A stretch of 64,000 nucleotides of DNA from the NCBI RefSeq assembly GCF_001949145.1, contig NW_019091355.1, positions 3,330,646 through 3,394,645 of the forward strand. The letters are read 5' to 3'. The translations under genes and the position numbers were made by a program. The notes below the pieces were generated by a model, which was not told the origin of the DNA, made no database searches, and saw only the letters and a list, made by a program, of their open reading frames with translations. Source of the DNA: Acanthaster planci. Lineage: Eukaryota. Positions 22,873-34,600 of the stretch are shown piece after piece (the stretch's first letter is position 1; each line of letters opens with the position of its first letter).

Positions 22873-25692
22873 TTTATTGCATGCACAACCACTATCACAG
22901 ACACCTGCAGTTCAAAGAACCAAAGACGTAAAAATATTTCAATAGTCGATTCAAATCAATGAGCAAGTCATCAATTAAGAACCAAGTACTTTCAATTTTT
23001 ATTACATATCCAATATGTTCAAAATTACTTGACATTTTTCTCTTATTCACAACAGTCTTCGACTGCAACAAGACAGTACCCATGATTGTGGTTGCGCACT
23101 GATGTATTCACTCTCTCCTTTTTTAGCTGAAGACATACAACCAAGTAATATCCGATACTTCAATTATTGATTATTATTTGACACTGCTGTTCAGGTAAGG
23201 TACTGACACTACCTTAATACAGGGCCTATCCTTTTTCGTGAGATCTTTCCACTAGAGCAGCATCGGCGACACTAATTGACCACTTACAGCACTGCAGGCT
23301 CAAGTGGCATTCATAGTGAGAAACTGGACAGTCCGGGGTATTCTTGCACAAGGCACTTAATAAAACAGGCAAATCCAAATAAATAAACATCACCATGTTA
23401 ACTAGCCCATATTTGACTCTTACGTGAACGAGCAAGGAATACGTTACATTCTGTTGCATGCTAAAGTAATTCAACCTATTCCAATTACGACCAACCAACA
23501 GAAATATACCAGTACAGCGTACACCAACTTCCCTGCGGCTTGGAAAAAAAGCCAATATGAAAAATATATAATTTTATAGACAAGCTGGTATTCGTATTTC
23601 ACAACTACTGGACCCTTTCTCAAAGAATTAAATCCTGATCAGGTTGAAATCTTGGGTGCTGGTAAGTGGTCGACTGGCCCATCAGCTCTTCTCCAGCTTT
23701 TTTACGATGCAGCGGTTCCGCGGATAGTGCAATCTGGATGCCGACTTGTGTCAGGCAAAATAATGTTGTGACACAAACGAACATAGCAGTTGCAATGATG
23801 CACTTTGCACTGAGAGCGGACATGCGCACCTAGTGCGCCCATCATGCTTCGTGCTGGAGTGGCACTCCACCCATGCACCTGCAGGCACCGGCTGCCAAAA
23901 CTGCTCTCAATATTCTAGAGACTGGTACCCGAGCAATGGTATGCAGTGAATTTGGATGGAAGGGGACGTGAAACTTCTTAACAATATACAAAAAAAGAAC
24001 TGGTGGTCTCCAAAACATCCGTATAAATCTTCTTTAAACCCAGGAACCCTAAACCTTTTAAAAGTATCTATACGACTGTATACAACTGATGTTAAAAATC
24101 ATCATAGCTACCGACGTTTCCCCAAATTGCTATGGAATGTTTGATCTACCTACGGTAATGCTAACGAGGTCCACGATGACTGGTGTTCAGAACATGTTCA
24201 GGATGTGTCTCCACATCAGTTGGTGTGTTCACAGCATGTTTGGGCGGTATATTCACAGTTCATGCCTGATGACTGCACTGTGTCCAATGGTGCCAAACGA
24301 GCCGCAGGTACCCCCCCTCAAAAAAAGAGATCATTGCCTGAACTCACCACAAACAGTAGGGGGGGTTAAGAAAATAATAAGAAATCAAACCTGCAAGAAT
24401 CTAATCAATAAATACTGAATCGCTAATAAAGAAAAAAAATTCTGCAGCTAGATTGGATGAGTTTTACATTAACTAAACACTGAACCTGTTCTAGACCCTA
24501 AGCCACACACTAACTATGCAAGGTAAGGTCTTGCATTCACCCACAAAAAAGACGGCAATTTTCCCAAACTTGGCATCTGGAACCATCAGATAAGGTGTCA
24601 AATTAAACTGCAACAAAAGCTCAATACTGACTGGGTGAATTCGATACAAATGGTCGCTCATCACCGAAACAGCTAGATCTGACACACTTTCCTTGGGGAC
24701 ATCTGTACCCCGGGAACTGGGTATCAGCACCGCCTTAAGTCTCTCCCATTTCAGCAAGAGTTTTCAAGATGGAAACGTGTAAATCCAAAATATACAACAC
24801 TTCATCTTCCAACTCATTCGATAAAAACATTCTTGACATTCAACTATTAAAAAGAGTGATTTCATTTCTAAATGTCATACACAAAAAAAAACCCAGGTTG
24901 GTAAGAACAGAGCAACCCTCTGCTACACCAACTGTCAAGAACAGTTCCCTCTTTGCAAGTGCACTTTTTAGTCCATTTAAACAGTTAGAGATACTTTACA
25001 ACATTACAGACTGAAAAATACACTTGCAGAAAATCTTCCTTTTTTGGTCTTGAGGATTAATTTTTCTTCTGCCTTTGCTTGTGGTGCCCGAGAGTTAAAA
25101 TGTACATACATTATGCCAACCGTGCTGCGCAGTTTCAAAAAAGTTGAGCTGATGCTGGTTCGTACCAAGCTGTATTGCACGGTTGCTGCAGCATTTTCAA
25201 GAAACAGGCAACATGCTTGTGCAGCAACACTCTAGGGTCTCATTTTAATTGCTTGCATGTCCACAGCATGCATCGTTGAACACCACTGGATTATATGATA
25301 AACGTGCATTGATAGCGATGAACGATCGGGCTACTTGTCCAATTCTCTTCAAGGATAGGATCGTCCCAAACCGAAGGTACTTTTTATAAGCTCATTATAT
25401 CTGTGACCGCATTTAAAGCCTTCAAAATTTTTTTTTAAGTGGGAAGAAGGAGAAACCTATCCTTAGAAGAGATCTAGCTGTTTCTTTATCAGAAGCGATT
25501 TCCATGAAGAAAAAAATCTGCGGCGCCTCTTCAGACACCAACACCTGCATGTTCATCCATCTGTGACACGGTATCTCAAGATGTCCCCAGAGTTCAAAGG
25601 TAAATGTTTGTAGAGACACAAGGTGTGCGCACTCTTGGACTGAGTTTGGTGTCGTGAAGAGCTGCCAGTGGAAGTCCTTTTTCTCTTCTATT
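22873..25692 (-). other. Probable ~2.8 kb MAT 3' UTR
   Basis: Non-coding sequence downstream of the MAT stop; AATAAA on the minus strand at 22873-22878. End point inferred. Confidence 0.5.
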
Positions 25693-28600
25693 TTACATGA
25701 CAAGTTTCTTGGGCACTTCCCACGAGAACCCCTCCTTGAAGTGGCCATAGGAAGCCGTCTTTTGGTAGATTGGACGGCGAAGATCCAACTCCCTGGAGGC
25801 CAAACGGGGAAGGGAAAAAAAAAGGTGACCGTTTCAAAGTTAGTTCCGATGAGCGGCATGGGCACTGAGTCTTTGAAGAGCTATAATAAGCTCTCCTGGA
25901 CTAATCTATTTTGGGCCGAAAATCCTGACCTCAGAAAAAGGACAGATATGCCAGCCTCCAACGTTCTTCCGTGGGGCTTGATGCTCCTTGGAGGTCAAAA
26001 GAATATGCCACCGGTTGAACGTGCAGTGGTAGGTCTTCAAAGACTCAGGTAGGTTTGAATCAAGAACACATGGGGGGAAGGGGTTTCAGGTCAAAGTTCA
26101 AGGGATTTTCTTCATTTACTCCATATCTTCTTATCTGGCTATAAGCGTGCGAAAAACTAACCTGTTAAACTGAACAAACACTGGACATTTCTATCCAAAG
26201 CTGATATGGCAACTACAGTACCAGCAAATCCATCATTATGGAGTGATTAGGATAACAAACTAACAACCTGCTCATAGAATGGGCTGTTGGGATGGGGCAG
26301 GGAAATGAACAGACATAAACTAAAAAAGGTGAATACCTGTTTGCTTCGAGTACAAAGAACGGTATACGGGCTCCCTCTGTGTTTCGTTTTGTCTTCGCTA
26401 AGATTCCAAAATTTTTGTCAAGCAAAGAAACGCCAAGCAGACTGAAAACAGTTCCATTATTTATTTGCTCGGCTCTTTCCAAAACAAATTTGGCAGGAAC
26501 AGTGACCTTCACTGCTTTGAAAAACTGGTTTACTTCTCTCTTCTGAGGAAAATAAGGCCACATCCAAATCACATGGCTACGGCTTGAAGTTACACGACTC
26601 TATGGGAACCGGCTGCAGCTACTTCAAGAGACTTATACAATATTTCAGACCAAAGGCGAGCAATTCAGACACACACTAATACTTTCTGAAGACTATTACA
26701 GTCGAATCTCCATATAAAGTCCACTCTTACAAACAGAACGTTATTTAAAGTGCCCTTAATTCCGTTGGTTTTTGTAAGTATTCTCGTAACCAGATTCTTG
26801 TTATGAAAATATACCTTTGCTGTTCCAAACAACCTTGTAACAAATTCTGACTGAACTGAGAGCCTTTTCTGCACTTGAATTCATTCCAAAACCATGATTT
26901 AAACCATTGATTTTTTACCTGATGATAGCTCCTGGTCGCAGATCAAAGTTGTCACTGATGATCTTCAGCAGCTCCTTTTCTGACTTGTCGGAGGTTCCAT
27001 AAGACCAGACAAAGACAGACAGAGGTTCTGAGATACCGATTGCATAGGACACCTGCAGCAAAATAACAGCAGAATGAAAGATGTCTCACATCACACTTTA
27101 ATTCTGCTCATCGGAGAGCAATTCCGTACGGTTACTTCCACTGAACAAAGACAGAGTACCGTTTAAAATGCTGTATTGGATTGTATCGGACAATTTTGAA
27201 GACAAAATTGACCCTTCACAATTATTTTTGCTGAGAAAATATCATACAAAATTGGCCCGCGTTTCAATTTTTTAGCTCCACACACTGCACACCTATCAAA
27301 GCCCTGTGCCAGATGGGCCATGAAGTGCCCACTGCAATAGAAGCAGGGCTCTGACAATGCTCACAACAGGCACTGCACTGGATTGGTAATGTGCAAATAA
27401 CACTGTTGGCTTGCACTGACAAGGAAAAACCACTCGTTACAAATTAAATAACCTGTTCGTATATATGGAAATTCAAAACCCTAAAAGAGGAAGACCCACA
27501 ACTTTTCTTCATCAGTCGTTCCCTTTTTAACTGTGATGTCAATTAATTAAATTGCGTCATTTGCATACCATAAATTAGTTTCATAAATGGTTTTGATGCT
27601 CAATATTAGCAGGGGTGAGATTGACCAATGATAAACCTAGCTGAAAACAGCTGAAAAAAGGCATCAAGAAGCTGAACTGAGAATATCTCCTTTACTTCTG
27701 TACACAGCCAGTGAGGAAAAAAAGCTGAAATCCGAAACAAAAAAAGCTGCAATCAGCTAAAAAGCTGAGAAATCTCACCCCTGTATTAAGAAGAAGAGAG
27801 CAGTCTAACTGAAAATCAGAAGGGAACACTTTCCTTTGTAAAAACATCCTTATAAAGGCAAATAATACCCTTGTACCAAAAAAGGCTGTCTTTGTTCCAC
27901 TTTCAAAATAAAATTGTATTGCAGAAAGGTTTCACAGATATGTAAGAGATTTTGGCTGTTCTGTCATGCCTCATGAAACAAAGCCTTCAACAAGTGGCTC
28001 TCCATACATCCAGAAGAACCAAAATGATAATACTTCTGAACCGACACGAACTTTTCAGAAATAACAATTTTTTAAAAAATCTATTACACACCAAATTTAC
28101 TAGCACTTCCACCCCTCCTCCAATATAAACAAATGACTACAGAGATGACGACAGTGGTCTTTGAAATTCTATTTGACAGAGGGAAGTTCTGCGTCATTCG
28201 TTTGTCCTGGTGCTCTTTGGTGATACCTGGACTTTGGAGCAGTCTATTTACACATTCACCAAAGAGTGTTGTATCTGCATTAAATGCACTATTAATACAG
28301 TTATCTAGGTAAACAGATCATTTTGTTGACAGATTACGGTTGAAATCCTTTTTAATGTCAGGCAACACACCAAGCTTGTTACAAAACCGCGACAAGTTCC
28401 AATGCGCGTTGATATTTAAAAAGCAACTGGTCCATTCTTTCCACTGTCTCATCTTTTCAGCGTGGCACCACCTTGGGGGCGGAGGAGAGAGGATAAAAAT
28501 TATATCCAACAGTAATTCTGATCTGCCACTGGACCAACTCATGGAACCGGTCGGCTTGTCACATAAAGGTGGGCACTGCTGTGTACTAGCTGGGACTGGC

Positions 28601-31600
28601 CAATGGAATCATGCACCTTGAGGAACCAACCACTTCCAAAAGGCCCATGATAAATTTACAACGAATTTGACCAAGAGCAGAACAACTTCCTAAATCCCTT
28701 CCATTTCAAACACACACGCGCGCACTTGACATAAACATGACTCAAGAAACTGTTCTGTCTGATAATACCAAGAGGCTACTGCAAAGAAAAACTGGTACAA
28801 GTTCCAGCTTAACATTGCCAAAGCTTTGATCATTCCAGCTCCGGGTCCTGGGGTTGGGCCAATGGGAAGTAACAGAGTCCGACAGCTGAAGCACGTCCGA
28901 CTATGTTCACGGTTCATATCGCCCCAAAATCCAACACACACACTCACTGCCTACAATTGGTTTTTGCAGGATTTGAGTTCAGCTTTTGTGAGTGCAATTT
29001 TTTTTTAACACAACCTTTCTGTCTCCTCTAGGCTAAGATGCACCATCTTTGAACTGTGACTAGGAAGCCAGGGTAAAGCAAATGAGAGAATACGAGCTGC
29101 ACAAGAATTTAAACCGTGTTTCTCCATTCATAACGCTATAAAATACAAGTTTGACAGAAAAAGCTCAACCAACAGATCTGTGAAAAAGTCGCTGGCCCAA
29201 CCATTCTCCTGCCAGGCCCAGTTCTGGTAGCCGGTTTCAACCAGCTGCGGGTGGTTTTTTTGGGGGGCCTGTGAATGATGGGAGCTTAGCACATTTTTAT
29301 CTCTTGAGTTGATCCCATCAAATCAACAAAGCCCGTGTTTATTTACACACACGTCTATTTAAAAACCTCGAGTGGGCACCGATAAGAACACGATGGCTGC
29401 ACAAAGGGCAAGTTGCGCTCTTGTTGCCAGAACTGGCCGCATCCAGATTTAACTAGTCACGTCGGTTGAGCAAACACTCAGCATTGACAATAATCAAGAG
29501 CTGCAATATTACTCAGCTAAAATAGCACAGTTTAGTGTACTCGACTTCTGCTGGCAGATCACAGACCGAAACATGCACCCCCTTCGGGGAAAAAAAGAAA
29601 GACCCTTCGCCACTGTGGCAGTTTCAATTTTGCCACTGTGGCAGTTTCAATTTAGTGATACTTTGCAGGTAATAAGCTGTGCGTGTTATACTTAGTCAGC
29701 ACTTGGTATCTAGTAGAACTTCAATAAATGAATAAATTGTGACAAATGTTCACGATGGATTGGAATTATCTGACAGTTGGAGTTAGGCAGCATTCCGATA
29801 CTGATATCTGCATTTTGAGAATGGGATGATTCTAAATGTTTACAGCTTCAATAAAGAAAATCTTAATCCGAAACGAGAATTGCTCTGCCATCCTCCCTGC
29901 ATTTTTGAGAACGGAACAAGGCAAATGGTGAAAACCATAAATGATGAACCGTAAGACACGGCAAACGATGACAAAAAAGAGAACAAAATGTGTCTAAAAG
30001 CTGTTGCATCTTCTTTTTAAACCTGTACAAGCTTGAAACCCTGGAGGTAACAAATGACATAACAAGTTGCCGCATTTCGCCCCTACCTGGACAAGAACCC
30101 GTCGGCACAGTTTGGCCGCTACCAGCGATTTGGCCACCCAGCGAGCGGCGTAGGCAGCCGACCGGTCCACCTTGCTGACATCTTTACCAGAGAAAGCCCC
30201 CCCGCCATGGGCTCCCCACCCACCGTAGGTATCGACGATGATCTTGCGGCCAGTCAGGCCAGCATCGCCTTTGGGCCCACCTGAAATCGAAAGACACAAA
30301 CCAAGACAGAGACTACATCAAAACCGAGTAAATAAACAATGAAAAGACAACAACAATAAAAATCGGATCAGAGGTTCCACCCAGGTCCCCTCTCTCTCTC
30401 CCTCAGAGCACAAAGCCCACACCTACCCATGATGAAGCTCCCTGAAGGGTTGAGGTGATACACTGTGTTTTCGTCCAGGTACTTGGCCGGAATGACCGCA
30501 TCAATGACTTTCTCCTTCAGCGCCTTGCGCAGCGTCTCCTGTGTGATGTCTGGGTCGTGCTGCGCAGAGATGACAATGGTGTGCACTCGGAGGGGTATTA
30601 GATGGCCTTCTTTCTGTTTGTACTCAACGGTGACCTGAGACAAGCACAAATGTAATGTTAGCAAATCAAAATATGATCAGAAAAAACAAAATGGCAAACA
30701 CAGTCAAAGCGGTACAACTCAGCACGTTCTGTTTGTTCAACACAAACCAGGTATTCTATCTTGGAATCAATGTTCAGTAATCATGTTGGTTAGATTGCTG
30801 CTGTAAAACCCCAAATACATTTAGGTTTCTTGATGATTTTCAGGTCCCTGACCTAGCCAACTAAGGAGCTACTGGTTGTGCACATTCTGATGAAAGTCAG
30901 CTGTGCACAATCTGTATCACGGACAAAGCAACCATTAACAAGTTCTAGCACTGACAAGGCTACACCCTGTGGTTGCCCCTGGCCCACAGCATGAAATCAA
31001 CACCTCTCTACCTGTGACTTGCCGTCCGGTCTAAGAAACGGCACAGCCTTGCTCTTCCGCAGCTCGGCCATCTTCCTGGTCAGGCCATGAGCCAGGACGA
31101 CAGTCAGGGGCATCAGTTCTTCTGTTTCGTCAGTGGCATAACCAAACATGAGACCCTGGAGATGACAACAATGGAGGATAGATGAAGAACGCTCCCGCTC
31201 TCTGGTAATTTGGTCCCTACTGTGAAATCCGAGTTCAGCAATGCACTGTGGTCTTTGTCTTGACCTCTGACATTGACCTTTTCAAAAAAACAGTGACCAG
31301 GTTAAGTACTCTGCGAATGGAAAGGATAAGTTTCACTCTACTATGTCCAAGGATCCCTAAAATTAAGTTCATGTCGTAACTTATTTCGCGAAAATTTCTG
31401 CCCCTCTTCAAGTTGTGAAACCGCTCCATATTCGTTTTTAGTTAATCTAAATAAAAGGTGTGCTTTCTTACACTTTAAACATTTGCCATGCCTTTCCATC
31501 TGACAAATTTATCAAACCCGAGACGTTTTTAAATACTAAGATTGCTGGATCCACCAAAAGAACCCACCACTGTGCAGCCAATCAGTTACACTTTCCTTGT

Positions 31601-34600
31601 ACCCAGGCATGAAAATACGAAGTAAGACAAAAGTTTGGATACTGGGTGAGGTCAAGAAACTTATAGAGGTTTGTTAATTCTCAAATATAAACCCTAACTA
31701 CCCGAGTCCCTAAAACCTTAACTGTGGATTTCGTTGATTCAGTACCGTACATCATGAACTTGTAGGTCAACTTTGTGAGATTGAGGAACAAAGGCTGGAA
31801 TTTAGTTTAGTGCCTAGGGAAGTTGCTCCACGGAGTAACTGGCTCGTGGTACCATGTGTTGGACTGAGCTTGATTTGGTCAGTTTTGGTCACTTTTGGTG
31901 CTACTCTTCTGCAAGCCACCGGTTGGCCTGTACTGCAGAAATCTATTCATACCAAATGACTCAAACTTCAACCCTGATGACCTGTTAGAGTATGGTTTTG
32001 GAGGATTGAGGATGAATGGTTTCTGAAGTACTAAAAAATGGGTCACATAGTGGTGCATACACGTACATGTATGGCCACACATTATACTGTTTACAATATA
32101 CCAGTACATGTACTCAAGGACAATGTGTTCCACTGTTCACTGCTGCTGGTCAAAAATTACACAATCCTCAACTGCAGTGTGTTAAAACAAAGGCACATAT
32201 CTGCTTTGTTAATGACAAAAGTAAAGCCGTTAGCCAACTCTGCTAAAAAAAACCTGCGACCCAGCAACCAACCTGATGTGCCCAACCCTCCCCCTCCCCA
32301 AAACAAAAAAAGGACAAAAAAACTTAAAGTGCATGAAGTAGGGCCATGGAGGATTTTGGAGGATTGAGGATTCAGGTACCTTTCAATTTGTGCATAAGCC
32401 CAAAAACTGGAGGATTGAGGATGAATGCAGTTTTTAAAGTTGGGCAATCTGTGGGTCCATGGAATATTCCCAAGCCTGTGTGTACTTGACAAAACTGAAA
32501 CACCGCAATGCTGAACCTCTTGAGATTTACACAAACCAGGCTAGGCACATTTGGCTTGGTAATACAAGCAACAACAACAACAAAAAAAGCACTAGGGAAA
32601 AAAAAGAAGAAGCACATCACCCATGCAAGGTTGACCTGGCCATGACACCCAGACACAAAGGCAATGACAAAAAACCTTCAGCAAATTCAACCATCTCATG
32701 ATACCCACAACACTGAGTATATTATGTCACACACAGCAGCTGACTTAAAATACCGACTGACACACACATACCACAGAGTCCCACACACACCCATGACCAC
32801 TCACAACTCATGCTCGGTAAATCACTGTGCATCTATTCCTGGGTGACCAACAGTACTACAGAAAGAGAGTGGGTGCATGCTATTGCATCATCCATCATGC
32901 AATGTTCCTACGACTTTTCAAACCTACTGAGCAATCAAAACTGGCTTTTCATGTTGCAAAAAAAGAAGAGAAAGATTTACATTCTGTCGAGTAAATAGCC
33001 TAAACAGATGTACTTCAAGAACTCTTGCTGGGAAAACTACACATGGGTTTTCGTTCACATGAATAGCAAGAAAAAAATTGGAAAAAGAATTTACATGTAC
33101 AACTAATTGATTTCTGGTGCTACTTTTCAACTGGCTTTCTGGGTCGCTCTGATGAGAAAAAAATGAAGGATCCAAACCTACCTGGTCTCCAGCGCCGATA
33201 TCGTCATCAGCTTTGTCGATGTGTACTGACTGTGCTATTTCCCCTGCCTGTTCCTCGATGGCCACCAAAACATTGCAGGTATCCGCATCAAATCCTGCAA
33301 TGGGGGAGGGGAGCAGGCAAGGAATGGGGGGGGGAATCACAAGTGGTGATTATCTACACACCCATTCGGAAGAACAAACAGGACTCACTTTTAGGGAAGT
33401 GCATAAAACCAAAATTCTAACAAGAAAATCTGAAAGTTGTCGGGGGAGATTAATGCGTGAACATAGGTTGAAGATGCCATTCTTTCAAAAGAAAACTTCA
33501 AGAAAGTGGGACACTCAATCTTCTCCATTTTTTTTTTTTTTAATCTTCTGGCATTCTATTTCACAGTGTTGTCAAAACAAACGTTTTGACCAAATACTGT
33601 CAACGTTTATCTTCCCAACCAAAGCAAATCGCAACACGGTTGGGTTGGAATTCAAAACACACTTCAAAAGCCTGTTGTTTCAAGTACCTAGAATTCACTA
33701 CAAAAGAAAAAAAAAACTTTCTTGTCTTCTTTTAAACAAATTTTATGGTTTGTAAACACAGGCCTTACAGCACACATACCTTTCACTGAGCTGTCATAGC
33801 CTATTTCCTTCACGGTGTCGCGAACCACTTTCTGGTAGTCGACAGTGGCATTTGAGGAGATCTCACCAAAAACCATCACCATGCCTGTTTTGGTAGCCGT
33901 TTCTGGATAGAAAAGGAGGCAATAGATCAGAAAAACAGCTATCAACTTGCCTGGGAAAGATTCCCTAAAATTCTCTTATCCTCTTTTCAGAACACAGATG
34001 GTCAAAAGACCTAATCAGGAATGCTGAAACTGCAATAAATGTAAGGAGGGACTCTGAACTCTTACTTTCACAGCACTTTTGCAAGACACAAGATTTTTTC
34101 TCCAGTTAGTTTGTCTACGCTGATCAAACCTACACCCCGACTCTCCTCTCTCAACTCGCACCATGCTGCACTGATCACCGGTCCACAAACACCACAGGAC
34201 GTAGCATGAAAACATAATTTTTCGTTGGATTCAGCAGAGTCAGGGTTGATTGGGGAACATTTCCATCAAATACCAAGCACTGGGACCCAGCTTGTGGTAT
34301 CTGACGATCAAAACATACCCTGCACACGGGCAAGACTGACTTTATCTCTATTCCCCCCCGGATATCTTTAACAGTTATCAGGATTCCACTACATCTCCAG
34401 AAACAGAAACATAAGGCACTCCGCCGCAACAACATTACCATCTCTGGGGTTCACACATTTTGAAAATTGAATTCTCCGGGGAAGGCTTCAACCCGGAAAT
34501 GACAAAATTCCATCCCCTCTTCAGTGCCGCACTCTAAACCGTCACCAACAACAAGCCCAGTAAGCGTGAATTTGATCTGACAGTACTCACCACAGGCAAC

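Noticed and set aside
27694..27702. UACAGAAGU on the MAT sense strand as a METTL16 site
   Set aside because: Mismatches the nonamer, lies inside a MITE, and no enclosing hairpin was seen.
29215..29440. 14-bp inverted repeat CCAGTTCTGGTAGC / GTTGCCAGAACTGG in MAT intron 7
   Set aside because: The G-U pairs work only on the antisense strand; there is no further support for a MAT RNA structure.
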